From positions 2,046,001-2,110,000 of the forward strand of contig CATNEN010000032.1 in the NCBI GenBank assembly GCA_950097015.1: a DNA stretch of 64,000 bases. Reading direction: 5' to 3'. Below the pieces are notes generated by a model that was not told where the DNA came from, did no database searches, and saw only the letters and a list, made by a program, of their open reading frames with translations. This stretch comes from Macrostomum hystrix (taxonomy: Eukaryota > Animalia > Platyhelminthes). Each line of letters begins with the position of its first letter. Within the stretch, counting starts at the first letter, position 1. Shown here piece after piece: positions 1 to 12,300 of the stretch. A program made the position numbers and the translations under genes.

Positions 1-164
1 GTTAACTTTAACAGCTTGCGAGGCTTTCGACAGATGTTTCTACTGTTAAAAGAGATTCGTCAAACCATGTTCTGGTCTATTTTCAAATATTAGTGCTAGC
101 TGAAGCTTTCCAGAAATCAACTGAGTGTCAGAACATACGCTGCTCACTTCCCAAAGCAACTCAC

Positions 165-783
165 CACTCCAGAATTCGGTATCATCCCCGAAGCCAGCTT
201 CGTACTCCGTCCAGGACCTGCTGAAGTTGACCCTGCCTGCCGTTCGCTGTTGGAACACCCAGAAGCGCCGGTCGCCCATAGCACGCTCGTAGCCGAGAGG
301 CGGCAGCGGAATGTTTCCTAGTGATTGTACGGACATAATACTAAACAGTGGAATCTATGAGTTAAAAGCTGCTAGTCAAACGGATGACTACTGTCTGTAT
401 TTACCATTCTTGCTGATCGTGTCAAGCCGAATGAAAACTTGCCGGTCGTAACATAGCGAATCCTGCAGAAGTCTACATTCGCCGCTTGAAGCGAAGAAGC
501 TGAAAGCCACCCAGCTGGAGCCTGCCTCGACGGAGGCGCTCAGCAGGGCGCACTCAAGTTGGCTGCGAGCTGCGGTGCTCACAACAACAGCTTTGGATGC
601 ATTGCAGGCGGCACTGATCAGAGCAGCTTGCTTCTCTGCGAAGAATAACTCTGCGGCAGACAAGTTGAAGGCTAATTGCTAGTTAAAACTGACTGGAACC
701 TACCGAGCAACAGGTGTCACAGAATGCTTACCTTTTACTACCGCAGCGGAACAGACGCTTTTGAATGTAACAATTAGCAGCAT
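165..783 (-). CDS. Secreted PAN/apple + fibrinogen-related domain (FReD) protein 1, 3' part outside the window
   Basis: Exons 783-732 (MLLIVTFKSVCSAAVVK, signal peptide), 671-405 (PAN-like ECALL...AFSF...CRLL) and 317-165 (VFQQRTAGRVNFSRSWTEYEAGFGDDTEFW, FReD start). GT-AG introns, all phase 1. The last FReD exon is not in the window. Confidence 0.85.
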
Positions 784-1635
784 AGGGCTGGTGAGAATAT
801 ATAAATACAAGCAATGGGCAACGCGGGATTTCATGTTGCAAAATAAATCAAGCTTACAATCAGCCCACTGAACTGTTTAGCTTGCTTCACTTAAATCAAA
901 TCGCCTTCCAGTCAGTCGTTTATATTGAAAGTTTCGTCTGCTTGCAAAGTTGGGAACACCAAGATTACATTAATCATCTTTGGAAGAACTGCGTGCTAAG
1001 ATGAGAGCCTCAAAATCTGCATTCCACAAGAAACCTGCTCAAAAATGCAGCATGGACGGACCCAGGGAATGCTATGTCAAACCGGCGATTATTTCGGATT
1101 GCAGATGAAAATTGTCGATTAAAAAGTATGACAAATAGAGATGCCGCATGGGACTAATTTTTTAAGTCTCCTACCCCCTAAGCATATTAAGCTTCCCAAA
1201 TAGCTGAGAATCAGTTTTCTTTTAAAGATTTGGTAAATATGCAATCAACTCGCTTTTGCTGCAACATGCTTTCAAGAACGACCGCACAATATACACAGAA
1301 AAATACCTTATTTTGCTGGATTGGACATTGGGGAGTCTTGACTTTGGCGAGATCAAACGATTCTATAATTGCTTGATTGAACACATGAAACCTTTTAGGT
1401 TTGCAAACAGATGAAACTTTTACACAGCTTGCACAGCTTGTCCGCACCGACATTTTGAGTCCAAAGTAAGAAAAAATCCAAAGATAAGCTCACCAATCTT
1501 GGATAAAAGCGCTCAAAGACTTCCAAACTGAGGGACTTAAGTTACTTAAGTTGTTGTTTCTCAAATAGACGCATGGGCAGTTTCGAACTACGAATCTTGG
1601 GTGATAATTTTACTTGTAAAATCCAACACGCAGTA

Positions 1636-2407
1636 ATGTTGCTTATCGTTGTTGTTTTGACAATGTGCTCAGGAGCATTGGGAATCAGCGACCATCAAGG
1701 TAAATTTGACCACAGTGGCTTGGATGATTCTGCGCATCACTGACTCCTAAGTCCCATTAAGTGCCAGAACCATTATTAAGAAAACAAGAAAAACACAAGA
1801 AACGCTACAGTCTTAGAAAACTAAAGCAGATTCAAATTTTTCGTTAGAACTCCTCGCATTTCCACTAAAAAAACACAGTAATATACTCGAGCTTTTCAAC
1901 CGTCACCGGAAGCGAATGCTGCAACGAACTGAAGGACACAACAGCAGCTGACAGCCGGTCTGAATGCGCATTGATCTGCACGCTCAGACAGGGTGTCTGC
2001 CGAGCCTTCGGATTCGATGAAAGCAATCGCTGTCGGCTGTTCGCGAGTATCAACAACTGTCTGAAGGCTTCGAACGTCGGGTTGACGACGTTTTTTCGGT
2101 GGCTCTCGGCTGGTGAGTGTTGTCAGAAATTTTGTAGAGCAAGTATCTTAGGTAGCTCGTAGTGCACGTAGTTCTAGACTCAATGAATAAATAAAGAAAA
2201 ATAAAGAAAAAATAAAAAAATTAATTTAGAAATTAAAATATTGTCACTCTGATTACAGTCGAGTTTGGACTGCTGAGAGTATCACGGCTTAATTTCACCA
2301 CGGCAGCTGCTGTAGATCGGATTGCGCCAAGTTACGATACATCCAGCGGGTGCGGCGGCGACAAGGCCTGTCAGGATGCCATTTTGGTAGCGAATTCGCT
2401 TTCATGA
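1636..2407 (+). CDS. Small secreted PAN/apple-domain protein (about 148 aa, 3 exons)
   Basis: Exons 1636-1699 (MLLIVVVLTMCSGALGISDHQ), 1879-2112 (TTAADSRSECALICTLRQGVCRAFGFDESNRCRLF) and 2259-2407 (stop TGA). GT-AG junctions are all phase 1 and join into one open frame of 447 nt. Confidence 0.75.
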
Positions 2408-2909
2408 AATTATTTTGCATGCTTTTTTAGATAAAATTATGTAAGACTCACTTTTTATGTACTAAATGTATGCATGCAATAAATACTATTACTATGTACT
2501 AATGCATATTATTACATATACCATTTCTGATCAGTGTATTGTACTTATTGCATCACTGATTCTGTCATTTTCTTCGGACAATTCTCAGCTACAAATCTTA
2601 TTCTACAAGTTAAGGCTGATGAAAATGGAAGAATAAACAAATTGCGAGCAAAGAATCATTTCAGTTTTCAACACGCAGCAGCTGCGTTGAACAAACTTAC
2701 TGATTCCCAGTCGTAATGCATTCAGTTTCTGTAGGTATTTTAGAGCCATTTTTCATACTGAATTCACAACTTGCTAACACTGAAAAAGTATGACTGCCTC
2801 AAGCTGAAACTAGAGTTGTACATCTTTCGTAAACAAAATCATCAGGTGAACGGATTAAAAATTGGTGTCTAGAGAAACGAATAGTTTAGTGGACTTTTAG
2901 CTGGACTTT

Positions 2910-3674
2910 TTAAAACACAGAAAGGCACTCGCAGATGTAGGCCTGATTGTATTCGCACGGATAATCGTCGATACCACCGTCAGGAAAGTTATAGTACAGA
3001 CTTGTGCAGTCACCGCCATTCGGTTCACCGGAGTGCCAGACGCTAAAGTCAATCGCCGAGTTGCAGGCAGTCCAGAACCAGTTTTCCTTTGATGCTGCAG
3101 GCAGACCACTATTACGACGCCCGCCGACAAAAATGCTTGCGTGCGAGGCGAGTTGCTGCTTGAGGGATCTCAGATAGGAAGCCTCATCCGCGTCGACGGC
3201 ATCTGCGAACTTCGACAGTCCAGGATCCGCACTGCATCTGCGGTTCGCCTCAGTCCATTTCAGGTCCATGGTCGTGACCACCTTGTATGAGGTGCCGTAT
3301 CTGGTGTGCTGGTATCCAGGTGGACACAGGCGACCGGGAGGCACTCCAGGCAGGGACCTCACGTACACAGTGACCTGATTCGTGCAGTTCGGCACAGACT
3401 GCACTCGGTGACTGCACGCATCGAACAGGTACAGCTTGCACTCGCAGGTCCCAGCTGTTAACAAAGTAAAGGCTTGGCATGTCGGAAAGCGCAAACAAAA
3501 CAGACTGCAGTCGAGTAGGCTGCATAGGCCCAATGCAACGTGTGTAAAATCAGTACCGATGCAATCCATCCCTCTGACTTGACGGAACGCCGTCTTTTGT
3601 GGGCTGCAAAACTCCTCCAGCGTTCCAGAAATGCAGAGAAACCTGAAAACTAAAAGCAGCAGTGGCCGACGCAT
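2910..3674 (-). CDS. Intronless secreted PAN + C-type lectin domain protein 1 (254 aa)
   Basis: Hydrophobic N-terminus; Cys-rich PAN-like segment (DCSLFC...CQAF...CECKL); CTLD motifs FVGG, WFW, WHSGEPNGGDC, GIDDYPC, YICEC. Confidence 0.9.
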   Translation of the reverse strand: MRRPLLLLVFRFLCISGTLEEFCSPQKTAFRQVRGMDCIGTDFTHVALGLCSLLDCSLFCLRFPTCQAFTLLTAGTCECKLYLFDACSHRVQSVPNCTNQVTVYVRSLPGVPPGRLCPPGYQHTRYGTSYKVVTTMDLKWTEANRRCSADPGLSKFADAVDADEASYLRSLKQQLASHASIFVGGRRNSGLPAASKENWFWTACNSAIDFSVWHSGEPNGGDCTSLYYNFPDGGIDDYPCEYNQAYICECLSVF

Positions 3675-4186
3675 TTTTTTCTGGTTGGAATTTTTTAAGA
3701 AGCCTGACTCGTCTGACTTGATTCTGGAGTAGACATGGGGATTTTATTTCTTAGGCGCATGACTGACAAGGCACTCAACTAGACAATTTGACTCTGCTTA
3801 GAAAACAGGGCCTAGTCTGAATGTTTTGGAGTTCTCATTAATTTTAACTGAAAGCGAATATAATTGCCATTCGTGTTGGCTCTTATACTCTTCTGGGATA
3901 AGAGGTTTATAAAGACGTCTTAAACATTGTAATTCTCGTTATTGTGAAGTGGTATATCAGCATCTGCCCTGTCAGTTTCATGCACAATGCTACAGGAATG
4001 CAGATTGGCATCCATTTTTTCCATTTTTTGCTTTTTTAAAAGCTTCCTATCCTCTTGTTTAGATTTTTTCGATTCCAAGCTAATCTCTCACATTTTCTTA
4101 CCTCGTCACCTCTAGGGTAGACGCTGCTTAGGACAAAAGCTGTCTAGATCTTTATCGCATGAAGTAAATTCTTTATAATGAGCTAA

Positions 4187-4390
4187 GTGTTGCAGCAGCC
4201 CGACTGAGCATTAAGGTTCGAAGGAGATCGAATCCCCGACGAGACGGCATTCATTTGAGGCGCAGATGCGGAAAGACGGCGTTGAGACAGGTGCAATTTA
4301 CGCCTTTGAAGACTAACTCCAAATACACAGTGGCAGGGTACACCGCCTGACATCAAGAAGTTTGCAAGGTACTCGTACATGCCCACACCT
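4187..4390 (+). mobile_element. Diverged, partial copy of tRNA-derived SINE family
   Basis: gatcgaatcccc...ttcatttgaggcgcagatgcgg...gtgcaatttacgcctttgaag aligns with the head and body of the better-preserved copies. Confidence 0.6.
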
Positions 4391-5069
4391 TTTCAGCCGA
4401 GCTGGAGCATCAGTCAGAAGGGCTCTCAGCTTATTGATGCGCGCCTCTGAGTCCGAGCGCTCCTGTGTTTAATGTCTCGTTTCGTTGCAGAATTCTGAGA
4501 TTTCACGGGTTGTCTATTGTTGCTAGGAGAGTCTTGGACCTGTCCATTAAAGCTCCAAGCTACAGCATCCACTCACGTGCTACGTAAGTAGTATTTGGAT
4601 TAGACTTAACTAGTCACTACATTTGCAGACTTGATCGTGTGAAAAAAGTAAGAAAAAACACATGAAACTAGCTTTGCAGTAGAATTTAGCTAGAAATTAA
4701 ACTTTTTGAATTCGCATTTGTGTACAAAGATACGATGTATCTCTAAAAAGCAGGACAAATACTCTTGTACATAACATTGGCATACAAAGTAGAAAGATAA
4801 GTTTTAGAAAGAAAAAATAATAAAGATAATATATTGTACCGAACTAAAACTAACAGAATTGGTGCCTGAAACCGAATCAGGTCCTTTACAATGTTTTAAA
4901 ACAACTTAAAGAATAAACAGAAATTTATGTAGAGTTACATTCGTAGTATTTTTAAAAGCTTTATTTTTTAAATATACTGCCGAATCAAACGTAGGGATTC
5001 TCTAGTCCCGAGTTCTGTGAGACCAGTGTGAGAGCAGCACGTATACGAGTATTTGCATTCTGAATAGAT

Positions 5070-5837
5070 TCAAAACACTGACTGACACTCGCAAATGTAC
5101 CGCTCACTGCTGCTGCAACCGTAGTCATCGATGCCGCCATCGTGAAAGTTCCAATACAAGTTGGTGCAACCGGTTGCAGTGCCGCCGTTCGGCTCGTTTG
5201 AGTGCCAGGCATCGACGGCGATGGGCAAGTTGCAAGCCGCCCAGAACCAATTGGCTTTCACAGTGGCGGTACTAGGATCAGTCTTAAGATAGCCACCAAC
5301 ATAAAAGTCGCTATTTCTGGCTACCAGTTCCTTCAGCGACCTCAGGTACACAGCTTCATCAGCATCGATGGCGTCCGCGAACTTAGACAGTCCGGAATCC
5401 GAATTGCATGTTTGATTGGCAGTATCCCAGGTGGCTAGCGGGCTCGTGACCACCTTGTATGAGGTGCCGTACCTGGTGTGCTGGTATCCAGGTGGACACA
5501 GACTACCCGGAGGCACTCCAGGCAGAGACCTCACGTACACAGTGACCTGATTGGTGCAGCTCGGCTCAGACTGCACTCGGTGACTGCACGCATCGAACAG
5601 GAACAGCTTGCACTGGCAGGTACCGTTCGTAAGCAGTCGGAACGCGAGGCACTTTTCTTTTTTGGAACATTTTAAGCTGCATTCGAGCCCTGAGCACAGA
5701 CCTTCCACAATGTGGAAGAATTTTGAGCTCACGCAGTCCACTCCTGAAGTTTGGTGAAAGTTCAGCTTGCCGGTTGTGCAGGAGTCAGCGAGAACTGCCG
5801 GCACCCAGAGCAGTTGCATCAGAATATTCAGCTGCAT
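5070..5837 (-). CDS. Intronless secreted PAN + C-type lectin domain protein 2 (255 aa), paralog of 2910-3674
   Basis: Signal peptide, PAN-like segment, CTLD with EPN, GIDDYGC and YICEC; collinear with lectin 1. Confidence 0.9.
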   Translation of the reverse strand: MQLNILMQLLWVPAVLADSCTTGKLNFHQTSGVDCVSSKFFHIVEGLCSGLECSLKCSKKEKCLAFRLLTNGTCQCKLFLFDACSHRVQSEPSCTNQVTVYVRSLPGVPPGSLCPPGYQHTRYGTSYKVVTSPLATWDTANQTCNSDSGLSKFADAIDADEAVYLRSLKELVARNSDFYVGGYLKTDPSTATVKANWFWAACNLPIAVDAWHSNEPNGGTATGCTNLYWNFHDGGIDDYGCSSSERYICECQSVF

Positions 5838-7741
5838 ATGAAAGGCCGGTTGAAATTCAGGTGCATCAATCAGTCTAATCGAAAAATTAATATCTTCTGA
5901 ATCGTTGAGAGCTTTTTCTAGTACTTCAGCAAGACAATAGCTTTGTGATTGCAGGCTTTCAGCGTTTCGAAACGATTGGTGCGGAAAGCGCTTTTGAATT
6001 CCAGCTTAGTTTGAGGAATTGCTCAGATCTGAAACGCGACACATTATAATGCTGTTTTGTGCTTGACAAGCCTGTTGAGAGAATTTTCTGCAAGCGGCAA
6101 TAAAGCTTATTCACTCGTGCTCTTTGGCTTAGCCGTTTTGAGCGACGCAAGGAAACAGTTCCTTTTCCGCTAGTCTATTTCACTAGAGCTTTCTGGTCTA
6201 GATTTCTATTTAGCGCGATGCGCACTAGCTCAGAGCAAGAAGGAGCAGCTGTACATCTATCGCACAAGCCTGAATGTGCATTACGGAATTCAAGATCCTG
6301 CTATTTAACATTAAATGGACTTTAAAGCAAGCTAGACGAGCTCCTCAGCTTCATGTATAGGCACGAAATCAACGTCTATATAGGAGCTTGTGGTTCTGCT
6401 CAGTACGTACGCGACCTCGACCCCTAGGATCACGCTGTTTAGCAAAGGAGATGTGTCCGGTAGGATGCGATCATGGGCCTTCGCTGGAATAGCAGACCAC
6501 AAGTGCTCTCTGTTGCAGAGTATGTGGGCATTTGGGCCAGTAAATGAAATTTGTACTCGTCTTATCCGATCAGCTCACTATCTTCTGTATCACGATTATC
6601 CGATATCACGTTTTTTTTTAGTTTTAATTTAGTTTTAGCTAAGTCTATAATTATTGCTCCGATTTATTCTTCCAGCTGGGCACTGGGAAATCAATGACTA
6701 TTCACCTAGGGAGATGAATGAAAACATGTTTTACACAGACTCTCGCGCCTGGCAAAATGGGGATTAATATAATCCAGGCCTACACTTAATCAATCAGTCC
6801 AGCAACTATTCGATTGATTACTCGTATGTAGTCCTTGGTTGTATGCGTTGTAATTTGAGTAAGTCCCATTGACAAAAGAAACGAAAAAGAAAGCCCGCAA
6901 CTTGGCTAAATGCTTGCAACTGCAGGCGCTATGAAGGTTAATTTCTCGATTGGAAAAATCGGCCCAACTTACGTTGAAGAGAAAAAAGAAAGAAATAAAA
7001 AAGCTCTGCTGTCGGTTGGCTTTAGAACTTTGTTCTAGCTGTCAGATTCCTGCCGTCTGTCACACGTAGATTACACATTTTGGTTTCCAGCCAGACTTTA
7101 CTCCCAATGTGGAGACAAGCTTGGACGGTCTATAACCTTTAGATCAGTGACGCTCTAACACGTATTTATCGATCGCTTCCATCAAAATGACTGACATCCA
7201 GACCATAAACTCTCGAACATAATGCAGAGCAAAGGGCCAACAATGTCTTCTCTTCTTGGGTGAGGATTCTGTACTTTGCATCAGTAGGCAAGAAGCGGGT
7301 GATAATTTATTAATTTAAATTTATAGCATATTTTAGTATTTTAGCTTCACTCGAACTGGCAGCTAGTTCTACAAATGTACAAATTTACATAAGTCTCAAG
7401 CGCATGCATCAAGCATGCATTAATATGCACAGCTTCTAGTTCACATTACCATCCGAACAATCGCATCTCTGTGAGCCACTGTCCGAGTTTGAAAACGAAC
7501 ATCGTTTGACATCCCGGATACTGGAGTCGTGTCGCCATTCGTCAAAACATTTTTGAAGCAGAAGCGAATTTATGCGCATCTGTACATGTGTGAACGAAAA
7601 GAGACACGGGATAGCGGCCGTGGTGGAGATAATTGCTTCCGCAGCTGTTCCGCACAGTTGGCGAATATACGAGAGCTAATATTCTTCTACTCGCAATAGA
7701 GGGACATAGAGGCGAGCAGCTAGTTTTAGCAAACAGAAAGC

Positions 7742-8635
7742 ATGGCTGGCAGCCTACTAAAAGTTGGACTCGCTTGCTTGCTCTTCGTGTTGGTGCTGTT
7801 CACCGTTCTCCTACCTGTCTGCTTCTTTCGCCGGCGCAGACGTTCTGCTGCTGATCCGTCGCAGCAGTCGCAGCCCTCAGCTGACGGTCTGCAGCGCTCG
7901 GCCTGGGCAGGCCGCATATCGGTTCTAGCTGCTGGAGCACTGCTGACTGTCGGGCTGCTGGACATGTTCCCTGATGCGGCACAGCAGCTGGCGCCAATTG
8001 GCCTCGCCAGTCGACGTCTGGCGCACAGTCTGGCTCTGGCCGGACTGGCTGCGGTACTGGTCATTGATCGAATTGCTTCAGCGCGGTGCAGTCGAGCCGC
8101 TCTGTTAGCGACAGCCCTGTCGGTTCACTCCTTATTCGAGGGCTTGGCTCTCGGTGTTGCACCGCAGCCAGCAAAATTGGCCGCCTACTTCACAGCGATT
8201 GTGCTGCACAAACTTGTAGTTGCAGCTAGCCTGGGCATAGAACTGGCCGTTTCAAGTGCTTCAATACGCAGCATTTTAACATGCGCAGCCGGCTTTGCTT
8301 TGGCTAGTCCAGCTGGATTGACACTCCGACTGCTTCTGACAACGAACCTCGACGCTCAACCAGCCAGGCTGACCGGTGGGGTCCTCCAATCCTTCGCTAG
8401 CGGCACCTTTCTATATGTAGCTCTCTTCGAGATTTTGCCTCGCGAATTCGGTTATGACACCGCTGATACCGATGATGTCAGAGACGTCAGTGTCAACCAA
8501 AATGCTCAGACAGAAGCACCAAGTCGCCGCACTGATAAGCTAATCTTCATGGTGCTAGGATTTACGGCTGTCTCCGCATACGAGATACTCGAACGCATGC
8601 TACTTACAAAGTCGGAGGATGGAGGAGGGAGATAG
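7742..8635 (+). CDS. ZIP (SLC39) metal transporter, ZIP1/2/3-like, intronless (297 aa)
   Basis: Multiple TM segments; TM4 signature LSVHSLFEGLALG, TM5 HK, and FASGTFLYVALFEILPREF. Confidence 0.9.
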   Translation: MAGSLLKVGLACLLFVLVLFTVLLPVCFFRRRRRSAADPSQQSQPSADGLQRSAWAGRISVLAAGALLTVGLLDMFPDAAQQLAPIGLASRRLAHSLALAGLAAVLVIDRIASARCSRAALLATALSVHSLFEGLALGVAPQPAKLAAYFTAIVLHKLVVAASLGIELAVSSASIRSILTCAAGFALASPAGLTLRLLLTTNLDAQPARLTGGVLQSFASGTFLYVALFEILPREFGYDTADTDDVRDVSVNQNAQTEAPSRRTDKLIFMVLGFTAVSAYEILERMLLTKSEDGGGR

Positions 8636-8857
8636 CCGTTGTCTCCCCGGGCAAACATTTATATATTAAAAAACTGTTCTTCTCTAAAATCCGAAATACA
8701 GTGCAGTCGTCAAGTCTTTTATTGCGTTTTGCAATTAGTTGCGAAGAAAACTACCATGTACCAAAGTGACTTTAACAACATAATTAATTATTGCAAAAAA
8801 TCAACAAAGATAGCCGACATGGCAACATGATGAAATTTAGTGAGCAGACGTGAATCA

Positions 8858-9005
8858 TTGAATATCTTGACGATGTTTTGTGATTCTGGAAGTTGTTTCA
8901 TCGGATGGAGCGGTACATTTTAGCCCGTGTTCTGTATTTTCAGGATGATTGATGAAATATTTTGGGACATCAAGAAAAAAAAGAAAAATGTGGGTATTTG
9001 AAACA
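8858..9005. repeat. Dispersed repeat of about 140 bp, second copy at about 12978-13110
   Basis: ttgaatatcttgacgatg...ggaagttgttt..tcggat.gagcgg..attttagc.cg...tattttca...tattttgggа-type similarity in the same orientation, roughly 70 percent by eye. Confidence 0.6.
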
Positions 9006-9335
9006 CTTTTAATTATTAGATCAACACGTATTACTATGAGTAGCTCAGAAGTTTTTATTTCAAGTACGAGCGCACAAGAGAACACATTTTCATTTTCCAA
9101 TATGTTTCATATACTATAGCTTAGAATCCATGCTACTAAAATATAAGTTTTTTAAGCCAAAAGAAAACAATGAATAGTCAGCTAGTTCTGAGAATTCAAG
9201 AAAAATTAAGACAAGAAGACACCAGTTGATAAAAAAGGTTCAGAAAAACATAAAAAATTGTGGAGCAAGTAATTACGTTTTTCTAATAGCAAAGTTTTAC
9301 GACATTGTTCTACAGAAAATCTCGAACCACGCATC

Positions 9336-12300
9336 CTATTGTAGCAGCAGAATCCTAATGCTCTGCAGGGCGGCAGAGGTGCTACCGGCTCCGAACACGT
9401 ACATAGCCCTGTCCCCGTTCACAACGGCGCTTGGATAGTAAATACCGTTCGGGTTGAGGGAGGAGCAGTAGTTGAACCACCAGCCGCCGTTGCCATTTAG
9501 GCTAATTGAGCACGAGCCAGAGGGGCGCATATCATTGTCCTGATCCATTGTGGAGAACTTCATGCCATTGTGGTAGTAGAGAGGGTTATCGGTTGTGTTT
9601 GAGCTGCCAGAGAGATATGATGCGAAATTCATTATGTATTTGGTGCTGGCGTTGCCCACAGTGAAGTTGGCGTACTCGAAAGCGTACAAGACATTCGACC
9701 AGGTGACGGCTTCCACTCGGATGAGTCTGGGAGTGCTTCCTGTCAGCTGGTTGATAGTGCGAAGTCCTGGGCGGTGGGCATATAGTGTGTGCAGTTTAAA
9801 ATTAAAATAATAATTTCAGGAGGGCTGTGGGCAATGGCACATCATTGCGAGGAGGCAATTCTGCCGATTTCACTGACTCCTGAGCACACGCATACACAGA
9901 TAACGTACGCAGGCACTCACTCACACAGGGTTTGTACATCTAACCTGACTTTCTCATCGTCAGACAGTGTACATTCTCACTGTGCCTTGGAGGTTGGCCC
10001 TCAATGGCTTAAATTGCACGACAAGCCCCCAAGCCTTCTCTCCGCGGCTGCGCCCCAAATGAATGTGACCTCACCGCGGAATCGAGCTCAGGGACATTGG
10101 TGCGAAATGCAGACGCGTTAACCGTTCTGCGACTCACGCCCAACTCGTTTGTTTTCGGGTTTTGTTTTCGAGCTTTCGGGTTCTGCCGAGAAGTTTGAAC
10201 TGAACTCACCGATCCAAAAGTCCGACTCATCACCGAATCCGTTTTCATACTCTGTCCAGGTGCGAGCGAAGCTCAAACTGCCTTTGGAGCGCTGCTGAAT
10301 GACCCGGAATATTCGACTGCCGACCACAGCGAACGTGTCTGCGTGCGAGCAGTGTGTAAGTTAGCCCATGATCGTGATTCTTTCCTGTACTCCAGATATT
10401 TCCGACAAAATGCGAGCTGCTATAGATCACCACTTTGTCCCGTCAAGGAGGGATTCAATTGTCAGTTTTGAGTGATTGAATGTGTAGGCCATTATGAGGT
10501 GAAGCAACCTGAAGGTATGAGGTGTAGCAACCTGAAGGTATGAGGTGTAGCAACCTGAAGGTATGTGGTGTAGCAAACTGAAGGTATGTGGTGTAGCAAC
10601 CTGAAGGTATGAGGTGTAACAACCTGAAGGTATGAGGTGAAGCAACCTGAAGGTATGAGGTGTAGCAACCTGAAGGTATGAGGTGTAGCAACCTGAAGGT
10701 ATGAGGTGTAACAACCTGAAGGTATGAGGTGAAGCAACCTGAAGGTATGAGGTGTAGCAACCTGAAGGTATGAGGTGTAGCAACCTGAAGGTATGTGGTG
10801 TAGCAACCTGAAGGTATGAGGTGTAACAACCTGAAGGTATGAGGTGAAGCAACCTGAAGGTATGAGGTGTAGCAACCTGAAGGTATGAGGTGTAGCAACC
10901 TGAAGGTATGTGGTGTAACAAACTGAAGGTATGTGGTGTAGCAAACTGAAGGCATGAGGTGTAACAACCTGAAGGCATGAGGTGTAGCAACCTGAAGGTA
11001 TGAGGTGTAACAACCTGAAGGTAAGATGTGTAGCATCATAGCATCATGTAGCTGAAGGTATAAGGTGTAGCAAACTGAAGGTATGAGGTGTAACAGGTGA
11101 GATAAGCAGTACTTTAATCATTTGTATGCTTTTAATGCTCACATTTTAATGATTTTAATTGATTGCTGCCATGAATCTCCTACACTGTATATTGCCCAAA
11201 AGACTATAGATATTAATCTATCATTAAGAAATGCTCATGAAGAGAACAAATGTTAATACAAAATTTCGTCGTCTTATTTACTCTTTGCAATGTGCAGCTA
11301 GACCCATTAAAAAATGTCATTAGGCCGAATTAAAAGAGCAGTTAATTGGGACTTGGAACTCACTGTACATGTCCTCCAAGTATCGTCGAACCACAATAGC
11401 CGTCGGGTAGGCCCGTTTAATATCGGCGCTCTTCGCCGCAGAGAACAGACAGAGCTTGGTGTCGGCACGAAGGCGATGGCGGCGCAGAGGCTGAAGTCAA
11501 AGAAGTTGCAGCGCACAGCACATTCTGTCAGTGAGACAGCCGGCGTTGAAGTCAGTGCAGCGCTGGTCATCGCTGAGACCGGGTCGCTTGAGAACACTGT
11601 GACGTGATGTAATGGGTGATAATGATTTCAAATAAGCATGTGAACTAGTTAATCGAATAATTACCTTAAGTACATCCACATACTGGAATTCTAGCCTTGT
11701 ACCTGTCTGACATAGCTCACAATAGACCACGCTATATTCCCCCTCCCCACTAGGGATAGACCACGCTATATTCCCCCTTCCCACTAGGGATAGACCACGC
11801 TATATTCCCCCACTAGGGATAGACCACGCTATATTCCCCCACTAGGGATAGACCACGCTATATTCCCCGACTAGGGATAGACGACGCTATATTCCCCCAC
11901 TAGGGATAGACCACGCTATATTCCCCCACTAGGGATAGACCACGCTATATTCCCCGACTAGGGATAGACGACGCTATATTCCCCCACTAGGGATAGACCA
12001 CGCTATATTCCCCCACTAGGGATAGACCACGCTATATTCCCCCACTAGGGATAGACCACGCTATATTCCCCCTTCCCACTAGGGAAAGACCACGCTAGAT
12101 TCCCCCACTAGGGATAGACCACGCTATATTCCCCCTTCCCACTAGGGATAGACCACGCTATATTCCCCCTTCCCACTAGGGATAGACCACGCTATATTCC
12201 CCCTTCCCACTAGGGATAGACCACGCTATATTCCCCCACTAGGGATAGACCACGCTATATTCCCCCTTCCCACTAGGGATAGACCACGCTATATTCCCCC

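Noticed and set aside
10427-11039. Long repetitive ORFs here and at 26923, 27614, 39470, 40481, 55366, 59560 and 63144-63627
   Set aside because: They are translations of minisatellites, open in several frames or strands and mostly inside introns of real genes.
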